The notes: generated by a model from the letters alone, not told the origin. A DNA stretch of 64,000 nucleotides from Octopus sinensis (GCF_006345805.1 NC_043015.1:23746001-23810000), one strand, 5' to 3'; shown: positions 1-11,919, counted from the first letter of the stretch. A program made the numbers and translations.

Positions 1-2035
1 ATTTCCATGACTAGCACGAATAAGATGACTGATATCGTGCATCCGGCTGCAATACCTATTTCAAGCGTTGCCACTCCGTTGTGAACTTTCCTACTGTAAA
101 TCACATCATCAGGTTGTCGTAGTAGGACATGAGCATTCGTTGAACATCTTTTGGGATGCAAAAGAAGTCCATCGCTGTTTTTACTATTGCGTGCGGAACA
201 GATCCATAAGCATTGGCAAGATCTAGCCAAACAATATACAGGTTTTTCTTCATTTGCTTTGTACAGGTGATGGCTTCCCAGATGGCAAATGCGTGTTCTA
301 TGCACCCAGGGATTCCGGGGATTCCTGATTTTCGGATTGTTCATTAACGTACCCGTTATGCTGTACGAATCTTAGGATTCGTCTAGCAATTATTCCAAAC
401 ATTTTCCCGTCTTTATTTAGTAGTGAAATCGGTCTAAATTGACCTTTTTCTTTTGGTATACACCATCGCTCCGCTACATCTTTCTTCTTCCACATTTCTC
501 TTATCAGTACAAGCAGCTGCAAGCGTAATTTCGGGCAATATTTATATACCTTGTAGCTCACTCCATTGTTCCCTGAAGTACTTTTTGCTCTTGCTTTTCT
601 TATGAACCCATCCATTTCTTTCCGTTTGATGCCACTCAAATCAAATGGTACTCTTTTTTCAAGTGGTTTCTTCAGTTCGTGCATTTCTAGGAGTACTTCA
701 TTTCTGTCAGAGTTGCTGTATGTCTCTTTCAGATGTTGTTAGAGCTCTTCTTTTGTGAAATCCAATTTTCCGCTTTTACTTTCAGTAAATAAATGTTTCG
801 CATATTGATAGGGAGTGTTCACAAAGCTACGATACTTCTTTTCTCTCTCCTTTCTTCTGCTCTTTCTTCTTTGTTTTCTTAGCAGATCTCGATGCCTCTT
901 TTTTTCTCTTCATATAGCTGTTTTAGCCTTTCTCTTTCCTCCTCCTTTGCATCCCTCCATCTGGTTCTGAGTTTTTTTTTTCTCTTCTCGAAACTTTGCG
1001 ATCCGTCTTTCTCTCCTCGATGGGCCGCTCTTTGCCGTTGATTCTACCTTCCCTGTTGTTTCCAATCCAAATCTTTTCTCTCCTTCCTGGTAGATTTTAT
1101 TAGCCAGGTTTTCGAGCTTTTGTTCGTCGTCGCCTTTGAATTTGGTGGTCATTCTTGATACCTCGTTGTCAAATTCTTTATAACTCACCGCGTCATTTGC
1201 TTTCGGCCACTTAATCTTTGTCCTCTTCACGCCTATCAGTTTTTTTGATTGTTCCAATTCAACTGTGGAATGAACCTCACTATGGTTATGTTCCAGGGGT
1301 TCTGGCCACACGTCGTATGGTTTATCAACCCTCGTTGTTGAATTACTTTCTTCTGACACACCTTCCCCTGGTGGATTCTCAGCCCGATGTAACTAGCAAA
1401 CACCTTTCCGCAGCAGCTGAACTCCTCATCTACCATCCCTATACCGTGTCCTTTCTCATGGTCCATTTCCGGTCCAAGTCCATTTCGTTTTTTCCGTCCC
1501 TATTTGATCCTTTATTCTCCCCCCGTGATCCGGGATCATGGGGCCATGATTACCCATGTTTTTCGTTGCAATCTTCCCCCCGATCGGGCTGCAAGCCCAT
1601 TTGATCCTTCATTACGCTGTCGTACTGTCAAGCGTCTCTCCGCTTTGTCATCCTTCCCTCTGGATTGTCAGCAAGTCTTTCTCTGCAGTCAGTATCTGAG
1701 GAATTACAACAACGTTTCGTCATCTGCTACCACAACAGCTCCTTCATAGGATCCAGTTAGCTCAATATATCACCAGGAGGAACCACGTCCGTTTTCGGCC
1801 CCTACTCCTCTACCGTTTTGACGTGGCGCCCGCCCTTTCGGCGGTGTCTTCAGCTCTGGTGTTGGGTGCATGTCTTCTTTCTTCTGTTCCCTGGCCTCCT
1901 CGATGTATCGTCAGCGAGTGTAAGCCGGTGACAGACTGACTTGTCAAATTTTCTCTTTAAATACCTGCAGATAGGCTCCAGCAGAGGGGCCCCAGCAAGT
2001 TGTCACGTTACACTGTCTCACCTTAACTGACTAAT
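1..2035 (-). mobile_element. RLE-class non-LTR retrotransposon, HERO-like (5' UTR, N-terminal zinc finger, RT domain up to the window edge); frameshifted
   Basis: Minus-strand translation gives an N-terminal CCGKVFASYIGLRIHQGKVC zinc finger (~1357-1416), FRPISLLN, GIPGIPGCIEHAFAIW, WLDLANAYGSVPH (DLANAYGS at 201-223) and, after a stop and frameshift, EIGIAAGCTISVILFVLVME (1-62). A GC-rich leader runs ~1700-2035. The 3' half lies outside the window. The HERO assignment is from recalled motif similarity. Confidence 0.85.
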
Positions 2036-2085
2036 GAAGGTGCGTAGTTTTCTACTGAAAATGAAAAAGCCCACCATTAGGACAA

Positions 2086-3301
2086 TATTTATTCGTTAAT
2101 GTAATTTCCATTGATTTCTAGAAATTCATTCCATCTGTTAACAAGCATATAAACGCCACGCTTGTGAATCTGTTTAGGTTTTGATGCCAAATATGAATCC
2201 AATTCATTTTCGCCCTCTTCCCTTGATGTCAACCCAAGACCATTCAAATGGTTCTGTAATCCCCAAAACAAATGATAATAAGAAGGAGCAAGGTCAGGAG
2301 AATATGGAGGATGAAGCAATATTTCCCAACCAGGCTCTTTCATGAGACTTATGGTCAGTTGAGCTGTGTGAGGACGAGTGTTATCATGGTGGAAGATTAT
2401 ACCCTTTCAGTTGAATAAGCAGTGTCACTTTCTGTTCAAAGCTCTTTTCAAACGATGAAGTCGATCACAGTAGAGATTAGCAGTAACCATTTTTGATTGT
2501 TGTCTAACAGTTCGTAATGGACAATTCCTTCAGTATCCCACCATATACTCAACATGATCTTCCTTGGATGAAGTCCTCCTCTTGGTTGTTGAATAGGTCT
2601 TCGTCCTTGACTGATCCGCGAACAGTGGCATTTAACATTATAGTAAAAGATCCACTTCTCAACATCTGTAACAAACCTTCTTAAAAATAGTCCTTTAAGG
2701 TGTCGTGAAAGCAATGACTGACAACAAACAACACGCTGTTGTAGATTCTCTGGGTACAGTTCTTGCGGGACCCATTTTCCAACCACTGAAACCTGTCCGA
2801 TTCTTTCAGTTGGCGATTCTTTCCGATTCTTTCAGTTGTATGGGCTACATTAAACTGTTCTGCAAGTTGTCTACAGGTAGCGGTTGGATTTTCTGTGACA
2901 ACAGCTACCAACGCTTCGGAATCAAGTTGTTTTGAGAGACCTTCTTTTGGCTCGTCTTTCAAAATCAACTCTCCACTTCTGAAGCGAGGAAACCATCTCC
3001 TGTAACTTCTTTCACTCGCTATGTCATCCCTATAAATTCTCTGAAAAGATTTTCCCGCGGTGCTTGTTTTGACACCTTTATGAAACTTATAGAGTAAGAC
3101 ATGTTTAATAAGATCTTTAGATGGGACGAGCATAGATGTGAATATAGTAGAATATTATGGCCAATACAATCAGGATCCGGATGAAAAATGAATAAATTAC
3201 TCATTGTGACATTCTTAAAACATTACGAGACGTACAATTAAAAAAAAATATCTAAAACTGTTTTCTAAAAATTCGGCCATCACTTTTGCACCAACCTGAT
3301 A
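2086..3301 (-). mobile_element. Mariner (DD34D) transposon relic, cecropia/Hsmar1-like terminal repeat; one end missing
   Basis: Frameshifted transposase with WVPQEL, TDVEKW, KIMLSIWWD, HDNTRPH and HPPYSPDLAPS motifs. The terminus TA-TCAGGTTGGTGCAAAAGTGATGGCCG (3271-3301, minus strand) resembles the Hsmar1 ITR. No matching ITR is seen near 2040-2090. Confidence 0.9.
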
Positions 3302-3471
3302 TTTATTCATATTTCATGTTGAGGCAAACAATCGAACAAAATAGCCAAAGTTTGTATTTATAAAATAAAATCAATACCAAAGATAGGTGCAAAAAGAAGC
3401 TTGTTATTCAACACATGCTTGAAGCTAATTTTATTCCTACACCTCGATCCCTGGATCTTATATTTGTATAA

Positions 3472-3558
3472 AATAGGTAAATGCAGCTGATGAAGACTAA
3501 TCAAATTTACGTTGTCAAACGTATTTAAAGAGCCAGAAACCGGTACGATTATCCGATT
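3472..3558 (+). ncRNA. Degenerate type-I hammerhead ribozyme motif (Penelope-type)
   Basis: CTGATGA (3487-3493), A, stem II GACT..AGCC with inner helix TACGTT/AACGTA, A, GAAA (3536-3539), palindromic CCGG, TA triplet (GUA). Stem I is only partly complementary (AATAGGTAAATGCAG vs CGATTATCCGATT). Confidence 0.55.
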
Positions 3559-3732
3559 CTAGGTTGTCCATTTATCAGATGTTCTTCCTAGTGGTAAGAC
3601 AAATTTTTTTCATGTTTGTTGCACACACGCGTCTTTGCTAGTATATACGCAGTGAAGCTATACAATAGCGTTGTATTTATTACGATTGCTATTTTCCAGT
3701 AAATATTGGTGCCTTGTTGTACCATTTATTTA

Positions 3733-3798
<66 letters not shown>

Positions 3799-3834
3799 AT
3801 ATATAATATAAATCTGTAATTTGTACAAGATTTG

Positions 3835-3950
3835 TAACTGGAATAAATGACTCTACCAACAAAGCTGCGAAAATTTGCTAACAGTTGTCAGAGAAGGGCA
3901 TTGATATCTCAGCTCCGAGTCAGCAACGCATTTGCAAGGCACTCTTTCAA
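3835..3950 (+). mobile_element. Possible relic of an unclassified DNA-transposon protein
   Basis: Translates as FVTGINDSTNKAAKIC*QLSEKGIDISAPSQQRICKAL, which resembles a recalled motif (LSTxKAxKVCxQLSxxGIDIPTPSQ) of invertebrate transposon-associated proteins. It has an in-frame stop; not verified. Confidence 0.3.
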
Positions 3951-4686
3951 TCACCTAAACAGAGCTGAAGATTATGCACAGCTATCCCAAGCCTTACTTC
4001 CCTAGAAGACTGCTTTGAAATGCTTGAATCAAGAGCCATCCAAACTAAACTTCGGCAGAAGCAATCACTGTAGTGAGTGACCAGTTAATGTCATGCCAGA
4101 ACTACTCACCATATACAAGAACAAATACAGCCTGCCATTGCGTTTCATTATCTTTAACGACTTGCCACCACTTGACTTTTGACTAATTTGAGTTACCTTT
4201 ATTGTTCTGGAACGCAGATGACAGATCTTTAAACAATTATGGAGAAAACGTTTTAGATATATTTCCCTTTTTTAGTTTATTGTTCCACCAGGGTTCTAGC
4301 TGTTGCAAATAATGGGACTGCCTTTGCAGGAAAGATAACGGATGAAAAAGGAATCACTGACAAAAGTAACAATGGTAACGAACAAATGCCACGTTGCGTA
4401 GAACGAATATATACCAGATACGATCTGCGATTTTCTTTGGTTTACTCAGCAATAAAATGTTTCCTATTGGAAGTTATCCCTTATAAAAATATTTTGGACT
4501 TTATGCAAATAACCTGAGGGTGTGAAATCGATGTGTTATAAAGGAAGGAAAATTTATTCCCCTTTCTCTCTTCACATAGCATAGATAAAAATACTTGAAG
4601 CAAAGGAGATATCATTATATTCACTCAAATATAGAATAGACAACAAATATACACTATGCAATCTCTTCATGTATATATATATATAC

Positions 4687-4736
<50 letters not shown>

Positions 4737-4816
4737 TGTGTGTGTGAGTGTGTGTGTATATGTGTGTGTTTGTGTACATATATATACACGCAAACACTAT
4801 CATACACAAAGAAAGT

Positions 4817-5175
4817 AGGCGGAGGAACGGTTGTGTGGTAAGAAGTTTCTTTCTCAACCTAAAGATTCCGTGTTCATCTTGTGAGTGGTGGATTTGATAG
4901 GCGGATACTGAAGGTAAACCGTGGTGTGTGTTTTGTGTGTGTGTGTGTTTGTGTGTGCGTGCGTGTGTGTGTGTGTGCGCGCACCTGACTGTGTGTCTCT
5001 CCTTCTCATGTGTGATAAATACTGTGATATAGAGGTGCGGTAAGATATACCGTTATAGTTCGTATCTTCTGTAAAACAAATATGTAACGGAATCAATTTG
5101 TTTGACTCAAACCATTCAAGGCGATGTCCCAGCAAGGCCTCAGTCCAACGACTGAAACAAAGACAATATAAAGAA
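4817..5175 (+). mobile_element. tRNA-derived SINE family A, internally deleted, with internal (TG)n
   Basis: Head GGCGGAGGAACGGTTGTGTGGTAAGAAG, TTGTGAGTGG..ATTTG segment, microsatellite, and 3' tail CAAGGCGATGTCCCAGCAAGGCC..GACTGAAAC. Homologous to the copies at 10159 and 62224. Confidence 0.7.
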
Positions 5176-5489
5176 AACTTTACACATGCGCACACACTTC
5201 TTAACTCATTGTGTGTTGATTGATTCTTTATAGGCTAATTTTGGTAACGACTATCCTACACGTGGTAATATGCGGTGAGTGCACGAGAACTGTACCTGAA
5301 AACATAGAATTGGTATTGGAATTCAGAGAGAATACGGTCTAGATAATTCTAACAGCATTCTGCAATTCTAGAAATAGGGGGCACTTGGCGTTTTATTGTA
5401 CGAAAACGCAAGGAAACAAATGCTAAGCATACGTATATGTATATAGAAATGTATATATATATATTATATATATACACATATGTACACCC

Positions 5490-5530
<41 letters not shown>

Positions 5531-5578
5531 CCCCCATATGTATAAATATATATATATATATATATGGTATGTATGATG

Positions 5579-5616
<38 letters not shown>

Positions 5617-7639
5617 CATGTGTATATACGTATATCTACACCCGTTGATGTGGGTCTCGTGACGCTGTGTGTATATTTTATCGTCGTTAAGTGTTTCTGT
5701 TTAGGTGATGAAACAGCGGGTTTATGTTTGCTATCACATTCCCAGGTGTTGTCAGAGCATGTTTATTGAATAGACTGTCACAAAACAGCTACTGCAATAC
5801 ATGCAATGCAAGAAAAAAAAGAGATACATCTGCTTGTATGTTCCTATATTTTACGAATGGTTTCATGTCTTGTTTTTGAAATGCTATTTTGCAGGCAAGT
5901 CATGTAGGTTTAACAATCCAATTTCTTGATTGTATTGTTTGCTTATGAAATAGAATTGGACTGCTTGCCAAATGAAAGAAAAAAGGAAAAAGAAAGCAGG
6001 AAAGAGATAAAGAAGGGAAGAAAGAAAGGGAGAAAGAAAGTGAAAGGAAAGACAAACGAAAATTGAGCACTTAATGAAATATTCCTCGTATTTTGAGAAT
6101 CTCGTATGATTTCCTGCTAAGCTGCATGTGAAATTGTGTAGTGTGAAAACAAAACGAAAAAAGCATATACATTTAAATAAAACAATAACGAAACATAATT
6201 AAATAATATAAGGCAAAAATATAAATATAAAACCAGAACAACTACAGACATTTGCACAAAAATGTTAATTCTGCGAGCAGCAACTAAGATGAATATTACT
6301 ATTCTAAATGAACGCAGACCAAAACAATTGCTATTGGTCCCATTTTCCGCAGAGATAATATTCTATGAGAAGGCCAGTTTAACATGGACGCTGTTATTGA
6401 CTAGCCATCCATTTCAGAAATGAAGACATTAATTTTTTCTTTCTTTTCTTTTGCGTTGTCTTGTTTTCACCCCACCCAACACCTCTGATATATTGGTTGC
6501 TGTCCTTTCCAGCATCAAAATTATATTCTTTGTAATTTTTTTTTTCGTTCTTTGGTTCTTTGGCTTTCTCATTTTTCGAATATGTTTTATGCAACTGTTC
6601 GCTTGTTTTTAATATGCAAAGTGCAACATCATAGTTAATACACACCTACTCGCTTCTTTCTCTCTCTCGCTTTCTGCCTCTCTCTCTCTCTCTCTATCGC
6701 ACTTTCTCTCACTAATACAAACACACACATACACACAAAAGTGCAGGCACTCATTCACACAAGAAAATACCTGAGGAAAGAAAGAAAGGCTATAGCAAAC
6801 AGAGAAACCGCTACACGGTGGCTTCATCTGCTAAAACTCTCATCCAAATCCCACGTTGCAGCGCCGAAAACAATGGATGCATAGTAAATGTAGTTTTGGA
6901 TACAATATAGGTGAAAAAAGAATCACGGGACTGCCATGTATAGAACGGCTTTGATCTCAAGTCGGATTGTTAATAGCAATAGTAGCCAGAAAAAGAAATT
7001 AAAATTATGCACTGGCTGGGGGAATTATAAAATCTTGAAATTGTGGTTTTCTTGTTTTTCTTTTTCTTTTTCTTTTTACTTTGACACAAGACAAAGAGTT
7101 ATCACAGTCGATATAATAACGTGTTGGTCGTTTGCTGGCGCCTTATTACATCGACCCCAATGGGATGAAAGCCCGAGTCACGATTTGAACGCTATTGATA
7201 AGTAGCATGAAGAATTTTTTGATACTCTAACACATCTGCGATGCAAAAAATAAGAAAAATTAGAAAGGAAAAAGTCCCTCATGCGAAATTTCTAAGAAAA
7301 AAGATGAGACGTTAGAGATTCAAATGGCAGAGAATATTTTTATCAGATATTTTTTCGAGATGAGAGAGGTATACAATTTATATTCTTTAATTCTTTGCGT
7401 GTTTATCTCTGTGTGAGTGGGCAGTCGATTCCTGTATGTTTGTGTGTATGTGTGTGTGTGTGGTGTGTGTGTGTGTGTGTGTGTGTGTGTCTGTGCGCGA
7501 TTGCGTGCGTGTTTGTGTCTCTCTGCGTTTCTCTGCGATCATCGGACCAAAAGAGCTGATGTATACTGTAATATATGATTTCCAGGGCAGCGCATATACA
7601 GAGTTGGCATTATACTACGAAGCACCAAATGGCATATAC

Positions 7640-7706
7640 TCATATATATATATATATATATAATATATATAGATATAATATATATATATACATATATATA
7701 TTATAT

Positions 7707-7800
<94 letters not shown>
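7640..7800. repeat. (TA)n microsatellite (one of many)
   Basis: Near-pure TA run. Similar tracts occur at 3735-3810, 8228-8310, 8400-8457, 17236-17353, 34875-34927, 37020-37120, 48005-48150 and 58905-59070. Confidence 0.95.
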
Positions 7801-7802
<2 letters not shown>

Positions 7803-8239
7803 TGAAGCTCAAGACTACCAACGGAAGTGACTCAAATTTTTTTCGTTTGTCCACACACTTGTATATATATTTTTTTCCACATACGCCAGCTAAACTAAGT
7901 TGTACTGTCTATAGTCGTAAGACACCCGCTGTTTTTGTCCTGTTATTACTATTATTGTTTTTTGTATTTATATTTGTGTGGCATAGTCCGTTTTTCTGTC
8001 CTTGTTTCGTATACATTCGATCCTTTTTCCAAGAAATCTAATGCTCGTAACTTAGTTTTTCCTTGGGGCTGGCCGGATCGGAGCGATCTCAAGATTAATC
8101 AGCCGAAATTGCGAGGATGATCCGGTTCTTGACTGAAGATTGAAGGCTTCGAATGTCCCGTCGTGTTTTTTGTATCGTCTTCTAAATGTTTTACGTTCTT
8201 GTCCCAGTTTGTATTTTTCTACTTATGATATATATATAT

Positions 8240-8312
<73 letters not shown>

Positions 8313-8396
8313 TATATGCATGTATATATACATGTAGATGTAGGTACGTACATATATGTATGTATGTATGCATTTATTTTATTTATTAAATTATTT

Positions 8397-8456
<60 letters not shown>

Positions 8457-9636
8457 TTGCATATACGGATGATGGGGTCTGACTTCAAAGGTATCGCGAA
8501 AGGTCTGGTTAGAGGCCCAATCTTCTGTGTTCGTGTCACAGGGCTGTGAATAACTGCCAGACCTCTACAATACGCGTGTGAATCAGAGAGTAAAAGTACA
8601 AACCAAGACTTAAGAAACGTGAACAGAGTATATACACAAATAACTATTCGCACACACAACTCTTTCTGCCAATTACCAACCTAAACTTTAGCCACTGGAC
8701 TACATACAAATGACCCCTGTCCACTCTCCCACCAGACAGATTAAATTTGTAGTGCCTTGATTATAACTAGACATGTTATTTTAACCGTGTCGGCCCTCTT
8801 TTTAGGTTCAAAATATATTGTCACGGGACACTAACGCAACAACGTAGCGGGAAACGTAGAAAAGATTATAAATTTAATCATATGATCAGTCTCTGCAAAT
8901 ACTTGACAGAAAACATTCAGAGCATTGATTGGTTGGATATGTTCAGTCAGCCGCGTCAGCCTTAACTCTGACGCCAAATATGGTCACTTGATAGTAACAC
9001 ACGGACACAGCGGGGAACCTAAAAAAAAATGTCTAATCCCAGTCATGTGACAATCCTTTAATGATCAAATCCTATTCATAAAAAAGAAAATAAGCGGCTT
9101 GAACCCGTATAAAAATAGAGCAAACTTCAACACTAGTCAGAAACAAGAGAGCTGCGACATAAGCCTCGACTTTCTATTTTCTCTTTTTGAAAATCAGCGT
9201 AAATTGTCAAACCGGTTACAGCTATACATATATTAATAGAAAATATTTTAACTATTCTCAGAGCTTTTTAATCATCTATGTTTCCTATATATATATATAT
9301 ATATATATATATACTTTATTATTGAAGCTGCAAAGCATCCCCAAAATTCACATAAAATTGCTACCAAGAGTTTCACGCACCCATTCGTCAGACAGTTATG
9401 ATTGACAGCTTTGATTGTTTCTCAATCAAAACTGTTCCACGAACAGGAACGTGAAACTCTGAGTAACATTTTTGGGATTTTTGATGGTTTTGCAGTTTTA
9501 ACAATAACAAATATTATTCTATCTTGCTATTCGAGTACTATTTTTTTCCACCTTGTTTCAAATTTATGTGCTTACCCTGGTATATACATATACATATATA
9601 TATTATCCGAAGTGTACAGTATTGTATGTCCATCTC

Positions 9637-9727
9637 GGCTGCTCTTACCGAACGGTTTCGCGCTAGGGGTCCAATAGAGTGTTAAGTAACATTCGATTAT
9701 AAAACCCTATGTTCATCACAGATAGCC
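9637..9727 (-). ncRNA. Hammerhead ribozyme motif in the left arm of the inverted repeat (C3->G)
   Basis: Minus strand: GGCTATCT-GTGATGA-ACATAGGG..CCCTAGCGC-GAAA-CCGTTCGG-TA-AGAGCAGCC. Confidence 0.6.
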
Positions 9728-9822
9728 AATACGGAATGAAATATGGTGACTGCTCTCTATTGCTGGAAATAAAAAGGACATATTCGGTTTGTGGTTGCAA
9801 TCACCATATTTCATTCCACATC

Positions 9823-9914
9823 GGGTATTTCTGATGAGCATAGTGTAATATAATCGGATTGTTGCCTAAAACTTTATTGTATCCCTAGCGCAAAACTGAT
9901 TGGTAATATCAGCC
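9823..9914 (+). ncRNA. Hammerhead ribozyme motif in the right arm of the inverted repeat (G12->A)
   Basis: GGGTATTT-CTGATGA-GCATAGTG..CCCTAGCGC-AAAA-CTGATTGG-TA-ATATCAGCC. Confidence 0.55.
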
Positions 9915-10056
9915 GTGATGGATATATAATACTATACATTGCCATTAGTATACCCACTCTGTTGACAGGTATACGAGTGCACAGTGATATTGTATTAGGT
10001 CGTCAGAGTCTTGTATACATTCATATTTGTATACATAAGTGTGTGTGTGTATGTGC

Positions 10057-10091
<35 letters not shown>

Positions 10092-10158
10092 AGTGTGTGT
10101 GTGTGTGTGTGTGCGTTTACTTGATATCTGCCATGACTTTTTCATCTCAATTTTCTCA

Positions 10159-10359
10159 GGCGCAGGAACAGGTGTGTGTAAGTAGCTTGTTTACCAACCA
10201 TATAGTTCCGGGTTCATTCCCATTGCGTGGCACTTTGGGCGAGTGTCTTCTAATATAGCCTCGGGCCGAACAAAGCCTTTTGAGTGGATTTGGTAGACGG
10301 AAACTGAAAGAAGCCCGTCGTATATATATATATCTTATATATATATGTATATATATATA

Positions 10360-10400
<41 letters not shown>

Positions 10401-10693
10401 CATATATATATGTATATATGTATGTAGGAATCTACTGATGAGCCAGCCTGGGTAAATAAATACTATTTTTATTACTAAATTTGGCGAAACTGCAGTTTAG
10501 AAAAGTTAAGTTTGTAAAAGTTTTTAAACCTCATCTCACGAAATTTATCCAGCTATTGTGTATCTAGTACACTCTTCGCCTTGAATGTAATGATATATGT
10601 ATAATATATGGCGTGTATGGTACACCGGCGATTATAATAATTTTATTGTATCGCATTTATCTTTGTTTATATATATATATATATTATATATAT

Positions 10694-10729
<36 letters not shown>

Positions 10730-10858
10730 CATGGCCACAGCTCATTAGCTGAAACTGGAAAAATCAATCAAAATCAAAATCATATATTTATATATATATA
10801 TATATGCGTATACATATACGTATAAATATATATATTATATATATATATTATATAATTA

Positions 10859-10894
<36 letters not shown>

Positions 10895-11103
10895 GATATA
10901 CGCATTTGTTTGTGTGTCTGTGTTTGTCCCCACAACATCGCTTCAGAACCGATAGGGTTGCGTTTACGTGCCCGCAACTTAGCTGTTCGACAAAAGATAG
11001 AATAAGTACTGGGTTTACAAAGAATAAGACCTGTGGTCGATTTCCTCGACAAATGGCGTTGCTCCAGCATAGCCACGGTCAAATGACTAAAAGAATTGAG
11101 AAG
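10159..11103 (+). mobile_element. SINE family A copy with an expanded internal (TA)n carrying secondary insertions
   Basis: tRNA-like head and body 10159-10320 (GGCGCAGG..GGTTCATTCCC..GGTAGACGGAAACTGAAAGAAGCCCGTCG). The 3' half 10911-11103 (TGTTTGTCCCCACAACATCGC..CTCCAGCATAGCCACGGTCAAATGACT) matches the contiguous copy at 62224-62652. Confidence 0.85.
10431..10501 (+). ncRNA. Type-I hammerhead ribozyme motif (GUU triplet)
   Basis: TCTA-CTGATGA-GCCAG..TTGGC-GAAA-CTGCAG-TT-TAGA. Stem I TCTA/TAGA, stem II 5 bp, palindromic stem III, intact CUGAUGA and GAAA core. Confidence 0.8.
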
Positions 11104-11919
11104 TATATATATATATATATGTTCAGCTAGCAGTAAACTTGTGTATCGAAGTCACTGTCAACATTTTTCATATAAGAAGAAATGCATTCTCTTCTGAAAA
11201 GCACTTTTTGATCCCTGAGTTCAATGTTGAACTATTATTTTATATATACACAGGCATTTGTACTTGTGGACGTATTTCTACACACATGCACTGATACAGA
11301 CTCACGTGCACGCGCGCACGCGCATACATACACAATCCCGCACTTATATCTATATATGCATTTGTAAACTTATGTATTATGCATGTATCACTAGGTATAT
11401 ACATATACATGCTCTTTCTCACATGTACGTGCATATACGTATATTTATACATTTCTGCTTGTACGTCTAATTCTGTGGTGCGTTGTTGTGCTGATAGAAT
11501 CAATCCTCGCAGTTGTAGTAAGAAGGTTAATAGATATGAGTGATCACACTACATACTATGATGGCAATGGAGGCGAATGAAGGTGGCCACCATGGCGAAA
11601 ATATTCCAAAAGTCAGTTTGAGTTTGTTTGGAATCCTGTCTGAATGAATCGACTAGAATTGATGTAGGTTATTTCTCTGTTTTTCCTCTTCTTTTGTCGA
11701 TTATATTTATATTTCGGGTGCGATGTTTTCTTACTTTTTTTCTTTTTTTGCCCATGTCTCCGAGCAAGATTAAAAGAAATTCAAATTAAATTTGTCTAGC
11801 GGTCAAGTTTGATATCGAATGTTGTTGTTTGTGATAGGAACATGTGGAGATAATGGAAGCGTGCGAAGCCATAGTGATATTTGGTCGGATAATCACCAAA
11901 GTGAGAGACAGAAACAAGA

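Larger units (their letters stand above)
9612..9938. repeat. Long imperfect inverted repeat (arms ~9612-9753 and ~9797-9938)
   Basis: Perfect core GGAATGAAATATGGTGA (9733-9749) / TCACCATATTTCATTCC (9801-9817). The arms stay alignable outward for about 140 bp (e.g. GCGCTAGGG vs CCCTAGCGC). Confidence 0.9.

Noticed and set aside
4292-4374. Exon-like segment CAG|..G|GTAACG encoding VLAVANNGTAFAGKITDEKGITDKSNN
   Set aside because: Short, no recognisable homology and no convincing partner exon; cannot be supported without RNA data.
7960-8225. CTGAAGA..TTCGAATGTC segment in a probable interspersed repeat
   Set aside because: No consistent stems; the repeat family could not be classified.
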